A DNA stretch of 46,993 nt from a virus (taxonomy: Duplodnaviria; Caudoviricetes). The stretch spans positions 1 through 46,993 of IMG/VR virus record IMGVR_UViG_3300036798_000299. One strand, given 5' to 3'. The notes under the pieces were generated by a model. It was not told the DNA's origin, did not search any database, and saw nothing but the letters and a program-made list of their open reading frames with translations. Of the stretch, positions 19,071 through 26,763 are shown piece by piece; position 1 is the stretch's first letter; each line of letters opens with the position of its first letter. The position numbers and the translations under genes are program-made.

Positions 19071-19668
19071 CGGGTAGGCCCTCGCGTACGCCCTCAACGT
19101 CTTGTGAAACAACGCGCGGCGCATCGATTTCACGTGCCGTCTGGGCTGCAAGGGCTAACTTCGTCGCGTCGATCGTTACGAATCGCGTCATCGTATCGAT
19201 CTGTGCGTGCTTGGATGTCTCTTTGTTGCGATCGAGGATGTCCGACGCGACGCGAGCTTGTACACGTTCGTCGTCGCTTTCGAGCAAGTCCGCGAGGACC
19301 TCAAGAGCACGATCGCCCATTTCGGCGATGCGCTGCGTTTTGTTGAGTTTGGAGAGGCACAGTTCTTCGTCGACGCGACGCCAGATCGGCTCGCTGATCG
19401 AGCGTAGTTCTTTCTGGAAGGCTTCGCCACGTATGTAGTCACGGACGGTTCCAGTCGCAAGGCGCATCTCCTGAGCTATTTCGCGCGTCGTCTTGTTGAT
19501 CAAAAGGAGCCGCAGGATCTCGTCCTTCTTTACCTTCGTCGTGACGAGCCGAACGGGTTGTCCATTTGTCGCACGACGGTATTTCCCTAAACGCGACGAA
19601 TAGGGGATCGTCTTCGCGCCATCGTCCCTGACGCTTATACCTTCGAACGTGGGAGGCTGGGTTGACAT
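19060..19668 (-). CDS. terS: Terminase small subunit
   Basis: HTH TREIAQEMRLATGTVRDYI and helical ALEVLADLL.S..ERV..RVA.DILDR; immediately upstream of terL. Confidence 0.75.
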   Translation of the reverse strand: MSTQPPTFEGISVRDDGAKTIPYSSRLGKYRRATNGQPVRLVTTKVKKDEILRLLLINKTTREIAQEMRLATGTVRDYIRGEAFQKELRSISEPIWRRVDEELCLSKLNKTQRIAEMGDRALEVLADLLESDDERVQARVASDILDRNKETSKHAQIDTMTRFVTIDATKLALAAQTAREIDAPRVVSQDVEGVREGLPDGE

Positions 19669-19676
19669 CCTAATTT

Positions 19677-19705
19677 ATTGTACGCCCCTTTAGGCATTAC
19701 GGCAA
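19677..19705 (-). promoter_or_regulatory. Late promoter, probably giving a near-leaderless terS mRNA
   Basis: Minus strand TTGCCG-N17-TACAAT, then 8 nt to the ATG at 19668; no properly spaced SD. Confidence 0.6.
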
Positions 19706-19899
19706 CATCCTTTTATGCTCTAACTAAGTTCTAGACTTGCTGTCGAGGCGTAACGCAAGGCCGGCCCAACGTAAAACTTGGGTTATTTGGGGAGGGGTGT
19801 TACCCCGTAGGGCAACTGCTCTGCGTTGTGGGGGACCCGGATGTCAATGGTTCCCCCTTAGGTAGTACCACTAGATGTATAACCAATAGGAGACCTATC

Positions 19900-20121
19900 A
19901 TGTCGAAACAGATTACTATTACTCTTAGCGATGAGCAAGTACAACAGATCGTTTCCATCCACAGCACTCGCAAGGATAGAACCATTGACGAGATAATCAC
20001 CCTCGTTATCGAAAGAGGAATATATGCACTGGAGTATCGTACTAAGTATAACAAAGTTAAGTACGCCCGCGCAAAGGATGAAATGGCCGAGTTCCGTGCT
20101 TACAAAGCGTCGCAGAAGTAA
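19900..20121 (+). CDS. Ribbon-helix-helix-like regulator, copy 1
   Basis: MSKQITITLSDEQ...RTIDEIITLVIERG: beta-strand plus two helices; RBS AGGAGACC. Confidence 0.65.
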   Translation: MSKQITITLSDEQVQQIVSIHSTRKDRTIDEIITLVIERGIYALEYRTKYNKVKYARAKDEMAEFRAYKASQK

Positions 20122-20134
20122 GCGATAGCAAAGT

Positions 20135-20160
20135 GGGGAGTATCGAATTAGGTACTCCCC
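20135..20160 (+). terminator. Intergenic stem-loop
   Basis: GGGGAGTATC-gaatta-GGTACTCCCC followed by TTACTT. Confidence 0.55.
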
Positions 20161-20192
20161 TTACTTAACGAAGTAATAACAAAGGAGATATT

Positions 20193-20372
20193 ATGAAAAA
20201 GAATAACAGTTACAAATGGATCGATAACATCGTAAGCAACGGTGGCACGGTTATCATCAAGTGCACCGGTCGACGCCAGTTCAACTACCTGCGGATCTAC
20301 TTCTACCAAGGGAAGGGCTGGCGCGTGCGTACCGACTCGAAGACGTTGCGCATCAAGATAACGCGCGAGTAG
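20193..20372 (+). CDS. Small basic early protein (59 aa)
   Basis: AAAGGAG RBS; MKKNNSYKWIDN...KITRE*; below the ORF-track cutoff. Confidence 0.65.
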   Translation: MKKNNSYKWIDNIVSNGGTVIIKCTGRRQFNYLRIYFYQGKGWRVRTDSKTLRIKITRE

Positions 20373-20384
20373 GCGCGTTCGTTT

Positions 20385-20486
20385 CCTAGAATGATAATAT
20401 CGTTCTAGGTAATACCGTTCGCAAGAGTGGTATTACTTAGAGCGATACGTATCCTCTAGAAAGACCTCCGGGTTCGGAGCCGGAGG
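20385..20486 (+). ncRNA. Candidate structured RNA with four abutting hairpins
   Basis: Stems at 20385-20409, 20409-20436 (GCAA loop), 20437-20459 and 20465-20486; most mismatches read as G.U on the plus strand. Confidence 0.45.
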
Positions 20487-20575
20487 ACTGGACTGAAGTC
20501 GCCCACGTGAGACGCGCCGAGACGGGACGCGACGCCTATAACGGGACACGACGTTATGGACGTTGATTACGACTC

Positions 20576-20604
20576 TTGCTTTTTTCAAAAATCTCATTTA
20601 TAAT
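20576..20604 (+). promoter_or_regulatory. Early sigma70-type promoter
   Basis: TTGCTT-N17-TATAAT; near-identical to the copy at 24826. Confidence 0.85.
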
Positions 20605-20690
20605 AAGGATATGAAGCGTAGATCACTCGCGACGCTTCATCGAGTAGGGGTTGTATCGCCACCACGTAGTAATCACACGAGGAGACCATC

Positions 20691-20975
20691 ATGACTACCA
20701 ATTCCAACAGCAAGACCGTCCAGATCACCCTCACTGATGAGCAGATGAAGGCCATCGGCAAGATCCTGTCAACCCGCGGCGATCGTACGGAGGCGGAAAT
20801 CATCGCCCTCATCGTGGAACGTGGAATCTACGCCTTGGAGTACCGTACGAAGTACAACAAGGTGAAGTACGTGAGGGAGCAGGCGATGAGGGAGGAGTTC
20901 AAGGCCTTCAAGGCGGCGAAGGCGAGTGGTTCGCTCTCGTCCGTAGCGAGCGTCGTCGCTTCACCGAAGAAGTAA
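20691..20975 (+). CDS. Ribbon-helix-helix-like regulator, copy 2
   Basis: KTVQITLTDEQ...ERGIYALEYRTKYNKVKY is shared with copy 1; RBS AGGAGACC. Confidence 0.65.
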   Translation: MTTNSNSKTVQITLTDEQMKAIGKILSTRGDRTEAEIIALIVERGIYALEYRTKYNKVKYVREQAMREEFKAFKAAKASGSLSSVASVVASPKK

Positions 20976-20995
20976 CGTACGACGAGGGCTACAGA

Positions 20996-21021
20996 GGCGG
21001 CACCCCTTAGTGGGTGCTGTC
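20996..21021 (+). promoter_or_regulatory. Intergenic stem-loop, extendable to about 20979-21036 (possible RNA processing site)
   Basis: GGCGGCACCC-cttagt-GGGTGCTGTC with G.U pairs and no U-tract. Confidence 0.4.
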
Positions 21022-21062
21022 TGTGTTGCCATCGTTAAGGGGTAGCACGAATAGGAGACCAA

Positions 21063-21209
21063 ATGGAACAACTAGAACGCATCTGTAACTATCTCTGGGA
21101 CATGGCGATGAAGGAAGATAACGACGAGTCGTGGTATTGCGACGCGTTTAAGTTCCTTTCAGATTTCGAACGTAGAGTCCATAACGAAGCACGGGAGGAG
21201 ACCAAATGA
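21063..21209 (+). CDS. Small acidic early protein (48 aa)
   Basis: AGGAGACCAAATG start; MEQLERICNYLWD... Confidence 0.65.
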   Translation: MEQLERICNYLWDMAMKEDNDESWYCDAFKFLSDFERRVHNEAREETK

Positions 21210-21361
21210 TAGACGGACAGTGGTTTCGTATTACCTACTGTTACAATAACCGCACTCGAGATGTAGACGTATTCGAGTGCTCGAGTCGTGAGCTGCGCGA
21301 TGAGATTATCGCGTACATCCTTCGTTGTGGCGATCGCGTTATCTCCGTCGAGGTGTTCTGA
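21206..21361 (+). CDS. Small early protein (51 aa)
   Basis: AGGAGACCAAATG start with ATGA coupling; MIDGQWFRITY... Confidence 0.65.
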   Translation: MIDGQWFRITYCYNNRTRDVDVFECSSRELRDEIIAYILRCGDRVISVEVF

Positions 21362-21636
21362 TGAAGCAACCCTGGACGGAGAGAATCCTCGAACTGCTCC
21401 CGAATAGTGTCTGGGAGTTAAACGCTCACCCGGTTATTAGGGAGATGAACAGACAACATAGGGCTGATCGTGTCGCGCGAGGTAGCTGGGCGAATCCAGT
21501 CAACTCGATGGTCTACGATACGCTCTATCGCCTGAGGAAACGCGGTGTCGTCGAGAGGGACGAAGAAGGATGGTACTACATCGTCGACGCGAAGAATGAA
21601 CGTAAGCTACGCAAGATGTTAAAGGAGAAACGCTGA
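21361..21636 (+). CDS. Winged-helix-like early protein
   Basis: TGATG coupling; VYDTLYRLRKRGVVERDEEGWYYIV matches a recognition helix plus wing. Confidence 0.55.
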   Translation: MKQPWTERILELLPNSVWELNAHPVIREMNRQHRADRVARGSWANPVNSMVYDTLYRLRKRGVVERDEEGWYYIVDAKNERKLRKMLKEKR

Positions 21637-21857
21637 TGGCGAAACGCAAACCACTAAACGTGAAGTCTCACCTCGAGCATGTTATCACGTCGACGCAGTA
21701 CATGCTCGATAACAACTACAAAGACGGGCCAAATGGATTGTGTATGCCACCCGCTTATGTAGACGACCTGAGGATTATCAACTTCATCGCGAGGGCTATC
21801 CTCAGAAAACACGCGAAGAAAAACACACGCAAGGACATTTACGTGGAGGCGGAATAA
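21636..21857 (+). CDS. Hypothetical early protein
   Basis: AAGGAG RBS, coupled start, 73 aa. Confidence 0.65.
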   Translation: MAKRKPLNVKSHLEHVITSTQYMLDNNYKDGPNGLCMPPAYVDDLRIINFIARAILRKHAKKNTRKDIYVEAE

Positions 21858-21858
21858 C

Positions 21859-22068
21859 GTGGCTAGCTACTATGATGATAACTTCGGACACTGGGATATC
21901 GACGATGAGGACGACGTCGAGTTCTACCGCGAAATACAGGATACTAACGTCGAGAAGCGTTGCGAGGGTTGCCATAGACTCGTTCGTATCCAACCACACT
22001 ACGCGTACTGCAACTCGTGCGCGGACAAACGTGAGAGAGGCGAGGAGATCTATGCTGAAGATGAATAA
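21859..22068 (+). CDS. Acidic Zn-ribbon early protein
   Basis: GGAGG RBS; CEGC...CNSC. Confidence 0.7.
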   Translation: MASYYDDNFGHWDIDDEDDVEFYREIQDTNVEKRCEGCHRLVRIQPHYAYCNSCADKRERGEEIYAEDE

Positions 22069-22318
22069 GGAGTACGCGAACTGGGAAAACGACTGGCGCT
22101 CGACGAAATACTTTCGTTGCGTCTGCACGATCCACAACTGTGAGCTTGAGGAGAACGAAGAGTATCTCTTCAGGCGTCACGTCGATGTTGAAGGAGGTAC
22201 TGTTGTAGCGTTCGACGAGGATGAAATCGATCTCTCTGGGATGGATTGTCCTCGCGTTGGGGCTGGTGATATCGACATGTGCGACGACTTCTGGGAAGCG
22301 AGAGAGGTGATAGAATGA
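22052..22318 (+). CDS. Acidic Cys-containing early protein
   Basis: AGGAG RBS before the ATG at 22052; CVCTIHNC...DCP...MC. Confidence 0.6.
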   Translation: MLKMNKEYANWENDWRSTKYFRCVCTIHNCELEENEEYLFRRHVDVEGGTVVAFDEDEIDLSGMDCPRVGAGDIDMCDDFWEAREVIE

Positions 22319-22461
22319 AACTCCTCGTTGAGATCGTCTACGACGAGCAGAAGGTAACCCCCGAAACTATTCTCGCTCACCTGCGGGCCCTCGTCTTTAA
22401 GTTTGAGGGACTCGTTGATGTTAACGAAGCGAAACCACCAAGAAAGAGGGCTACACGATGA
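22315..22461 (+). CDS. Hypothetical early protein (48 aa)
   Basis: GAGG RBS, ATGA coupling. Confidence 0.55.
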   Translation: MKLLVEIVYDEQKVTPETILAHLRALVFKFEGLVDVNEAKPPRKRATR

Positions 22462-22622
22462 GGGTATGGAAAGGTGTCTACTGTAACGCGGACTTCACGG
22501 CACATGTCAACATGAAGTTACTCGAACTGCTCGTAGAGTTGGCGCGTGAGCACCCGAACTGGGAATTCGACGTCGACGGACCAGATTGGGAACGTTGTGA
22601 TGACGACGAGGAGGACGTTTAA
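22458..22622 (+). CDS. Hypothetical early protein with acidic tail (54 aa)
   Basis: ATGA/TAATG coupling on both sides; ends DWERCDDDEEDV. Confidence 0.55.
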   Translation: MRVWKGVYCNADFTAHVNMKLLELLVELAREHPNWEFDVDGPDWERCDDDEEDV

Positions 22623-22843
22623 TGGAACTTTCATCCATCACCATGTTCAACGCGTCGATGTCTTCGGCGAGACACTCAGCAAGACGTGTACTCGAGAACG
22701 TCGGCGTCTATCTTCTAAAGAGCCTCGACGATCGGGCTAACCATAGTTACGCGAATGATATCGCCGATGCAGTCGGACTCGTCGTTGGGTTGTCGAATGT
22801 ACTCTTCAACGAGGAGTTTCCGAAGGAGGTCAAGCGTGCCTAA
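22622..22843 (+). CDS. Hypothetical early protein
   Basis: GGAGG RBS, 73 aa. Confidence 0.6.
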   Translation: MELSSITMFNASMSSARHSARRVLENVGVYLLKSLDDRANHSYANDIADAVGLVVGLSNVLFNEEFPKEVKRA

Positions 22844-23075
22844 CGAACGGTACGTGAAGGTAAGCATGAAGGATCGATGGGAGATAATCCCATACGATAA
22901 CAAAGGCGATCCGAAGTTCTTACTGTTAGAACCTTCGGACTACACGGGCGAATACGAGGCGATACTAACCATCCGCCAGGTTTTCACCGACGAGGAGATC
23001 GTCAATCTCGTCAACCGGGCCCTGTACGTAATGAAGTACCAGAAAGAAACCCACGCCAACAGGAGACGCAAATGA
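22836..23075 (+). CDS. Hypothetical early protein
   Basis: AAGGAGG RBS before the GTG at 22836. Confidence 0.6.
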   Translation: MPNERYVKVSMKDRWEIIPYDNKGDPKFLLLEPSDYTGEYEAILTIRQVFTDEEIVNLVNRALYVMKYQKETHANRRRK

Positions 23076-23266
23076 AGGAACGTGAATACGTTATGATGCC
23101 CTACGAGTTGTTCAAACGTTTAAGGTTCCTTATCGACGGTATCGCGATCATGGGAACGCGCGAATTGGACATGCGCCTACGATCCGAATTCGTCGAGCTA
23201 GCGAAGGGCCTTGATGTCATCGATCCACGCGATGAACTGGAGGGCGTCGATCGCTCGAAGGACTGA
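23072..23266 (+). CDS. Hypothetical early protein
   Basis: AGGAG RBS, ATGA coupling, 64 aa. Confidence 0.6.
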   Translation: MKEREYVMMPYELFKRLRFLIDGIAIMGTRELDMRLRSEFVELAKGLDVIDPRDELEGVDRSKD

Positions 23267-23278
23267 TCTTGCTCGAGC

Positions 23279-23698
23279 GATAATCCTAAACCGATAATCG
23301 TTTGTCCTTGATGCCCAAATTATTGAGACAGGACATGTTGTATCTCGTTGAAAACAAACGAGTTACACATTTGTCCTAAATTATTGCTGGGCATTGAAAT
23401 AGTAAATAGACCAATACTCGAAGATCCGATATAGTTCGAGCAAAAATACATAGAGAATCCACAGATTTAGACATTGATAGAACATATAGGAATCTCGTAT
23501 AATGATCCGTCCTTGCTCGCGCTCGTTTAACTTTGCTCTACCTTTGTACGACAATGAAACGGACGGCATACTACTTATTTCAATGCCTAACATTCATTTA
23601 GGACAAATGTGTATCTCCTTTAGAATGAACGAGATACCGTAGATCCTAGCTTTGGCATGTCAACATCTGGAAACCAATTGTATCGATTTAGGATTATC
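23279..23698. repeat. Colinear nested inverted repeat in AT-rich non-coding DNA; candidate replication origin
   Basis: Blocks 23279-23296/23681-23698 (17/18), GTATCTCGTT 23340-23349/23628-23637, TACACATTTGTCCTAAAT ~23364-23381/23596-23613 and GGCATTGAAATA 23390-23401/23576-23587 are all symmetric about ~23488. Confidence 0.85.
23474..23503 (+). promoter_or_regulatory. sigma70-like promoter at the centre of the inverted repeat
   Basis: TTGATA-N18-TATAAT. Confidence 0.5.
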
Positions 23699-23736
23699 AG
23701 TATCGGACAATGCTAGAACAAAAACAGGAGACCAAA

Positions 23737-23907
23737 ATGCCAACGTTCGTCTTACATCTAATGCACCTTAACCCTCACGAATGGTTAACCTGGAATGAAT
23801 TAAACTGGTGGCGTCGTATTCTCGTCGTCTTTTTCGAAGTCGACATCATCATCGGTGTTTACTGTATCATACGCGTTCTCGGACGGTGTGTTCGTTACGT
23901 CCTCTAA
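23737..23907 (+). CDS. Small single-pass membrane protein
   Basis: AGGAGACCAAAATG start; hydrophobic segment ILVVFFEVDIIIGVYCII. Confidence 0.6.
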   Translation: MPTFVLHLMHLNPHEWLTWNELNWWRRILVVFFEVDIIIGVYCIIRVLGRCVRYVL

Positions 23908-23926
23908 CGCGTTCCGTATCGCCCTC

Positions 23927-23955
23927 TTGCTTTCGCAAAACTTTTGTCGTATAAT
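23927..23955 (+). promoter_or_regulatory. Early sigma70-type promoter
   Basis: TTGCTT-N17-TATAAT. Confidence 0.85.
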
Positions 23956-23995
23956 GGATATATAAACGTAGTCCAACCCGAACAAGGAGACCATC

Positions 23996-24136
23996 ATGCA
24001 AATCGGCGACTTTGAACGCACGATCGAAGTCATTCCAATCGAAATACCTGAGGAAGAACCTCAGGACACGCCGTACGAACCAGAACCCGTTCCTGTCGAG
24101 CCCGAACCTAAGCCCGAGGAGCCTGCCCATGTCTAG
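23996..24136 (+). CDS. 46-aa acidic Pro/Glu-rich peptide
   Basis: AGGAGACCATCATG start; MQIGDFERTIEVIPIEIPEEEPQDTPYEPEPVPVEPEPKPEEPAHV*. Confidence 0.75.
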   Translation: MQIGDFERTIEVIPIEIPEEEPQDTPYEPEPVPVEPEPKPEEPAHV

Positions 24137-24797
24137 CGATTACGAACAAAGGGTCTCGCTGCGCGGACTCTCCGCGTACAAATCACTCGCGCTATCGTCG
24201 AACACTACGTTCCTCGTTAGCATGCACAATTTTATCTGGGAACCTGGCAAGAGCGTTATCTCCCATTGTGACATGTGTGGTACCACCCCTCTGAAAGAAT
24301 GTGGCTGCGGCATCTACGCTCATCGCACACTCGACGTTCACATAAAAACCGCCTACTCTACGGTTAGCGAGCCGATCGTCGAACTCGCCATCTGGGGTAT
24401 TATCCATCAGTTTACTGAAGGCTACCGCGCTCAGTACGCGAAGATCGTTAAGATCTTCCTTCCTCGACGCGGTGAAGCTATACCTCTCGCCGCGAGGGCC
24501 GAAGCTCTCGAACTCACGTACATGGTTCCGGTCGAGATTATCGATCTACCAGAAGGTCTACACGGTGAGAGTTCTACGTTCATCCCACGCGAGAAACCCT
24601 TGACGATCGCCGACTTCGAGCTGTTCATCTACAGCGACGACGAATCGATCGCATCGTTCTGTCGTCGTGAACTTAAGAAACGGTACGCGCAGAAGATCGC
24701 GAGTGCCAAACGTCGACTCGAGTACGGTCGAAATATTCAGGCGACCGCTACACAGGACCTCGCAAAGTACGAGGCGAAGCGAAAGGAGCTAAAGTAA
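24129..24797 (+). CDS. CxCGIYA-family protein (possible ADP-ribosyltransferase-like fold) with C-terminal coiled coil
   Basis: GAGGAG RBS; AYK...W.PG...C..C...ECGCGIYA...VELAIWG.I...EGYRAQYAKI. Confidence 0.6.
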   Translation: MSSDYEQRVSLRGLSAYKSLALSSNTTFLVSMHNFIWEPGKSVISHCDMCGTTPLKECGCGIYAHRTLDVHIKTAYSTVSEPIVELAIWGIIHQFTEGYRAQYAKIVKIFLPRRGEAIPLAARAEALELTYMVPVEIIDLPEGLHGESSTFIPREKPLTIADFELFIYSDDESIASFCRRELKKRYAQKIASAKRRLEYGRNIQATATQDLAKYEAKRKELK

Positions 24798-24825
24798 TAA
24801 CGTCGAAAGCATAACGCTCCCCCTC

Positions 24826-24854
24826 TTGCTTTTTGCAAAAATCTCATTTATAAT
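24826..24854 (+). promoter_or_regulatory. Early sigma70-type promoter
   Basis: TTGCTT-N17-TATAAT, followed by an AGGAGG RBS. Confidence 0.85.
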
Positions 24855-24871
24855 ATAGTTAGGAGGAACGA

Positions 24872-25075
24872 ATGAACGTCAACAAGGTGTTATATATCGC
24901 CGTCGGGTTGATCCGCGAAGCGATGAAAGCTAACCCAACCGAACTGGGTCTTCGAGATTTCCGCGAGGAATCCGAGCGCGCGATTGAACAGTTCAACGAC
25001 GATGGACTCACCGGCAATGGTACCGAACAGGACGTAGCCGACTGGGAAGCAACGATCGCCTCAATAACCGAGTAA
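24872..25075 (+). CDS. Hypothetical acidic protein
   Basis: AGGAGG RBS, 67 aa. Confidence 0.7.
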   Translation: MNVNKVLYIAVGLIREAMKANPTELGLRDFREESERAIEQFNDDGLTGNGTEQDVADWEATIASITE

Positions 25076-25093
25076 GAACGACGAGGACCAAGG

Positions 25094-25306
25094 ATGAAAG
25101 TCACGCATACCTTCGAACTGTACGATCCGAAGAAACACTCGGTTCGTGCGCGCTGTGCATCGGCACGTGACATCGCCGACTTGTACATTCCAAACGTAAT
25201 CCTAAAGCAGTTACGACTCTCTCCCGGACAAATCATCTACGTTACCTACGATAGCGAGATGCCTATCGAACAGGTAGAAGAGCAGGTCCTCCGTGGCAAA
25301 AACTGA
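25094..25306 (+). CDS. Hypothetical protein (AbrB-like LYIP...L.L.PG pattern)
   Basis: DLYIPNVILKQLRLSPGQIIYV. Confidence 0.5.
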   Translation: MKVTHTFELYDPKKHSVRARCASARDIADLYIPNVILKQLRLSPGQIIYVTYDSEMPIEQVEEQVLRGKN

Positions 25307-25655
25307 AAGCGGAGCACCTCGCGCACCTAAGATCGAGTTCTTGATCAAAATGGTCGAGCGACTCGACGAGATCATCAACGCCGGTGACTCGCTCGCTCGT
25401 GTCTCCGAACAAGCAGGCGATGAAAACTCCTTAGCGATCGACGAACTATTCGAAGAAGCGCTACTCGTCGGATGGCGTGACGCATTCGAGTGGCTTCAAG
25501 TGTTTCTCGAAAACCGTCGCGACTACCACAAAAAGCGTAACACGTCAGCCAAGCTCGAAATCCAACTGATGGAGGAAGCTCTCCAGCGTGCGGGTGTCGA
25601 CACGAAGAAGATACGTAAGGAGGCCGAGCGTGCCGCAGACGACTCGATCACCTAG
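25293..25655 (+). CDS. Hypothetical helical protein
   Basis: 120-aa ORF, coupled to the upstream gene. Confidence 0.65.
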   Translation: MAKTESGAPRAPKIEFLIKMVERLDEIINAGDSLARVSEQAGDENSLAIDELFEEALLVGWRDAFEWLQVFLENRRDYHKKRNTSAKLEIQLMEEALQRAGVDTKKIRKEAERAADDSIT

Positions 25656-25663
25656 GAGACCAA

Positions 25664-25846
25664 ATGACGTCAGAGCGGGCGAGACTCCTTCAGTTCCTTG
25701 AAGGTGTGCGAACGTACCTTATGGTCGGAAGGCTCGCCTACAGCGACGAGCTTTCCGACGCAAACGACAGAACGCTCGATAACGTCGAGCAGATCCTCGA
25801 ATCCCTCGAAACGGAGCTTGAAAATGAAACAGTCCGACGCGAATAA
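25664..25846 (+). CDS. Hypothetical protein
   Basis: AGGAGACCAAATG start, 60 aa. Confidence 0.65.
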   Translation: MTSERARLLQFLEGVRTYLMVGRLAYSDELSDANDRTLDNVEQILESLETELENETVRRE

Positions 25847-26066
25847 TGAAACGACGCAGCTGCAACATCTCGCCGACCGCCTAATGAAATGCGTCCTCCG
25901 CTACAAGTCGACGCGTGAAGACCGCTTTCTCGCCGACATGCGCGATATCTCGAACATGATTCGTGCACTTGGTTATCACCCGTACTTTTACCCTTCCTCC
26001 GACATTCTCGTCGTATCGAAGAACGCAATACTTACGCCATCACCAGACGAGCAATTCGATGCCTAG
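25824..26066 (+). CDS. Hypothetical protein
   Basis: GGAG RBS before the ATG at 25824, 80 aa. Confidence 0.55.
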   Translation: MKQSDANNETTQLQHLADRLMKCVLRYKSTREDRFLADMRDISNMIRALGYHPYFYPSSDILVVSKNAILTPSPDEQFDA

Positions 26067-26445
26067 CCTTATCGTTATAGGTTCGAACGCTCCCGAACGT
26101 CTCGCGGTCTACATCGTAAAAGGAGACGAAAGTGAAGTCATCTCGAAGGCCACGTCGCTTCATCAGTGGTTCACCGTCGTTTCTCTTACGGCGGCTTCTA
26201 CTCAAACGCCCAATCCATGGGGAGGAACGTTACTTAAGGAGGTGGCATTTACTCACCCGACGGACGCATTTACATGCGCGATCCGTTACGCATCGTACTT
26301 TTACCGTGACCTACCCGAACATCAACGGGATGATGCCATGGCGTTATGTGTCTCTATCCTTGATGAAGCTGCACGACCGAAAATAGCCGTCGAGAGGACG
26401 ACAGACCTTCCACCCGTCGAAAACTTACCCTTAGGAGACCAATGA
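26059..26445 (+). CDS. Hypothetical protein
   Basis: Coupled ATG at 26059, 128 aa. Confidence 0.55.
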   Translation: MPSLIVIGSNAPERLAVYIVKGDESEVISKATSLHQWFTVVSLTAASTQTPNPWGGTLLKEVAFTHPTDAFTCAIRYASYFYRDLPEHQRDDAMALCVSILDEAARPKIAVERTTDLPPVENLPLGDQ

Positions 26446-26639
26446 GCCGTTGGACTCACACAATTTGCGACGTTTGCTGGCATTTGCGAGAGCCGAACCG
26501 AATACCTATCAAACTAAAACCCGAATATACCAGCCCCGCTACGTGCTGTTTCTGCGGAGTTGTAACCACCGACGCAATCAACGTAAGAGAAGACCCACGA
26601 GACACGCCACATTGCTTTAACGGCGAGACCCATAGATGA
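26442..26639 (+). CDS. Small Zn-finger protein
   Basis: AGGAGACCAATG start; ICDVCW...TCCFCG. Confidence 0.7.
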   Translation: MSRWTHTICDVCWHLREPNRIPIKLKPEYTSPATCCFCGVVTTDAINVREDPRDTPHCFNGETHR

Positions 26640-26669
26640 TCGAGACGTTTTAACGTCCAAAAAAACTTT

Positions 26670-26709
26670 GCCCCTTTATGTTGACTTTTTTCGCTCGACG
26701 ATTTATAAT
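26670..26709 (+). promoter_or_regulatory. Middle promoter with upstream GCCCCTTTA box
   Basis: GCCCCTTTA-N2-TTGACT-N17-TATAAT. Confidence 0.8.
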
Positions 26710-26763
26710 GAAGACAATCAAGCAAACACGCCGCAACTGCGGCTAACCGAAAGGAAACACCAA

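Noticed and set aside
7-19438. Numerous plus-strand ORFs opposite the structural genes (e.g. 1644-2357, 12861-13484)
   Set aside because: Antisense shadows of well-supported minus-strand genes; no RBS or family motifs.
19740-19860. Packaging (pac/cos) site or physical genome end between the divergent operons
   Set aside because: The position and G/C runs are suggestive, but nothing in the sequence alone supports a specific site; read-terminus data are needed.
23381-23593. 70-aa minus-strand ORF inside the inverted repeat
   Set aside because: No RBS, atypical composition, and opposite to local transcription.
23279-23698. CRISPR array, transposon ends or protelomerase site
   Set aside because: The repeats are inverted rather than direct with spacers, no transposase, recombinase or protelomerase gene is present, and the centre is not a perfect palindrome.
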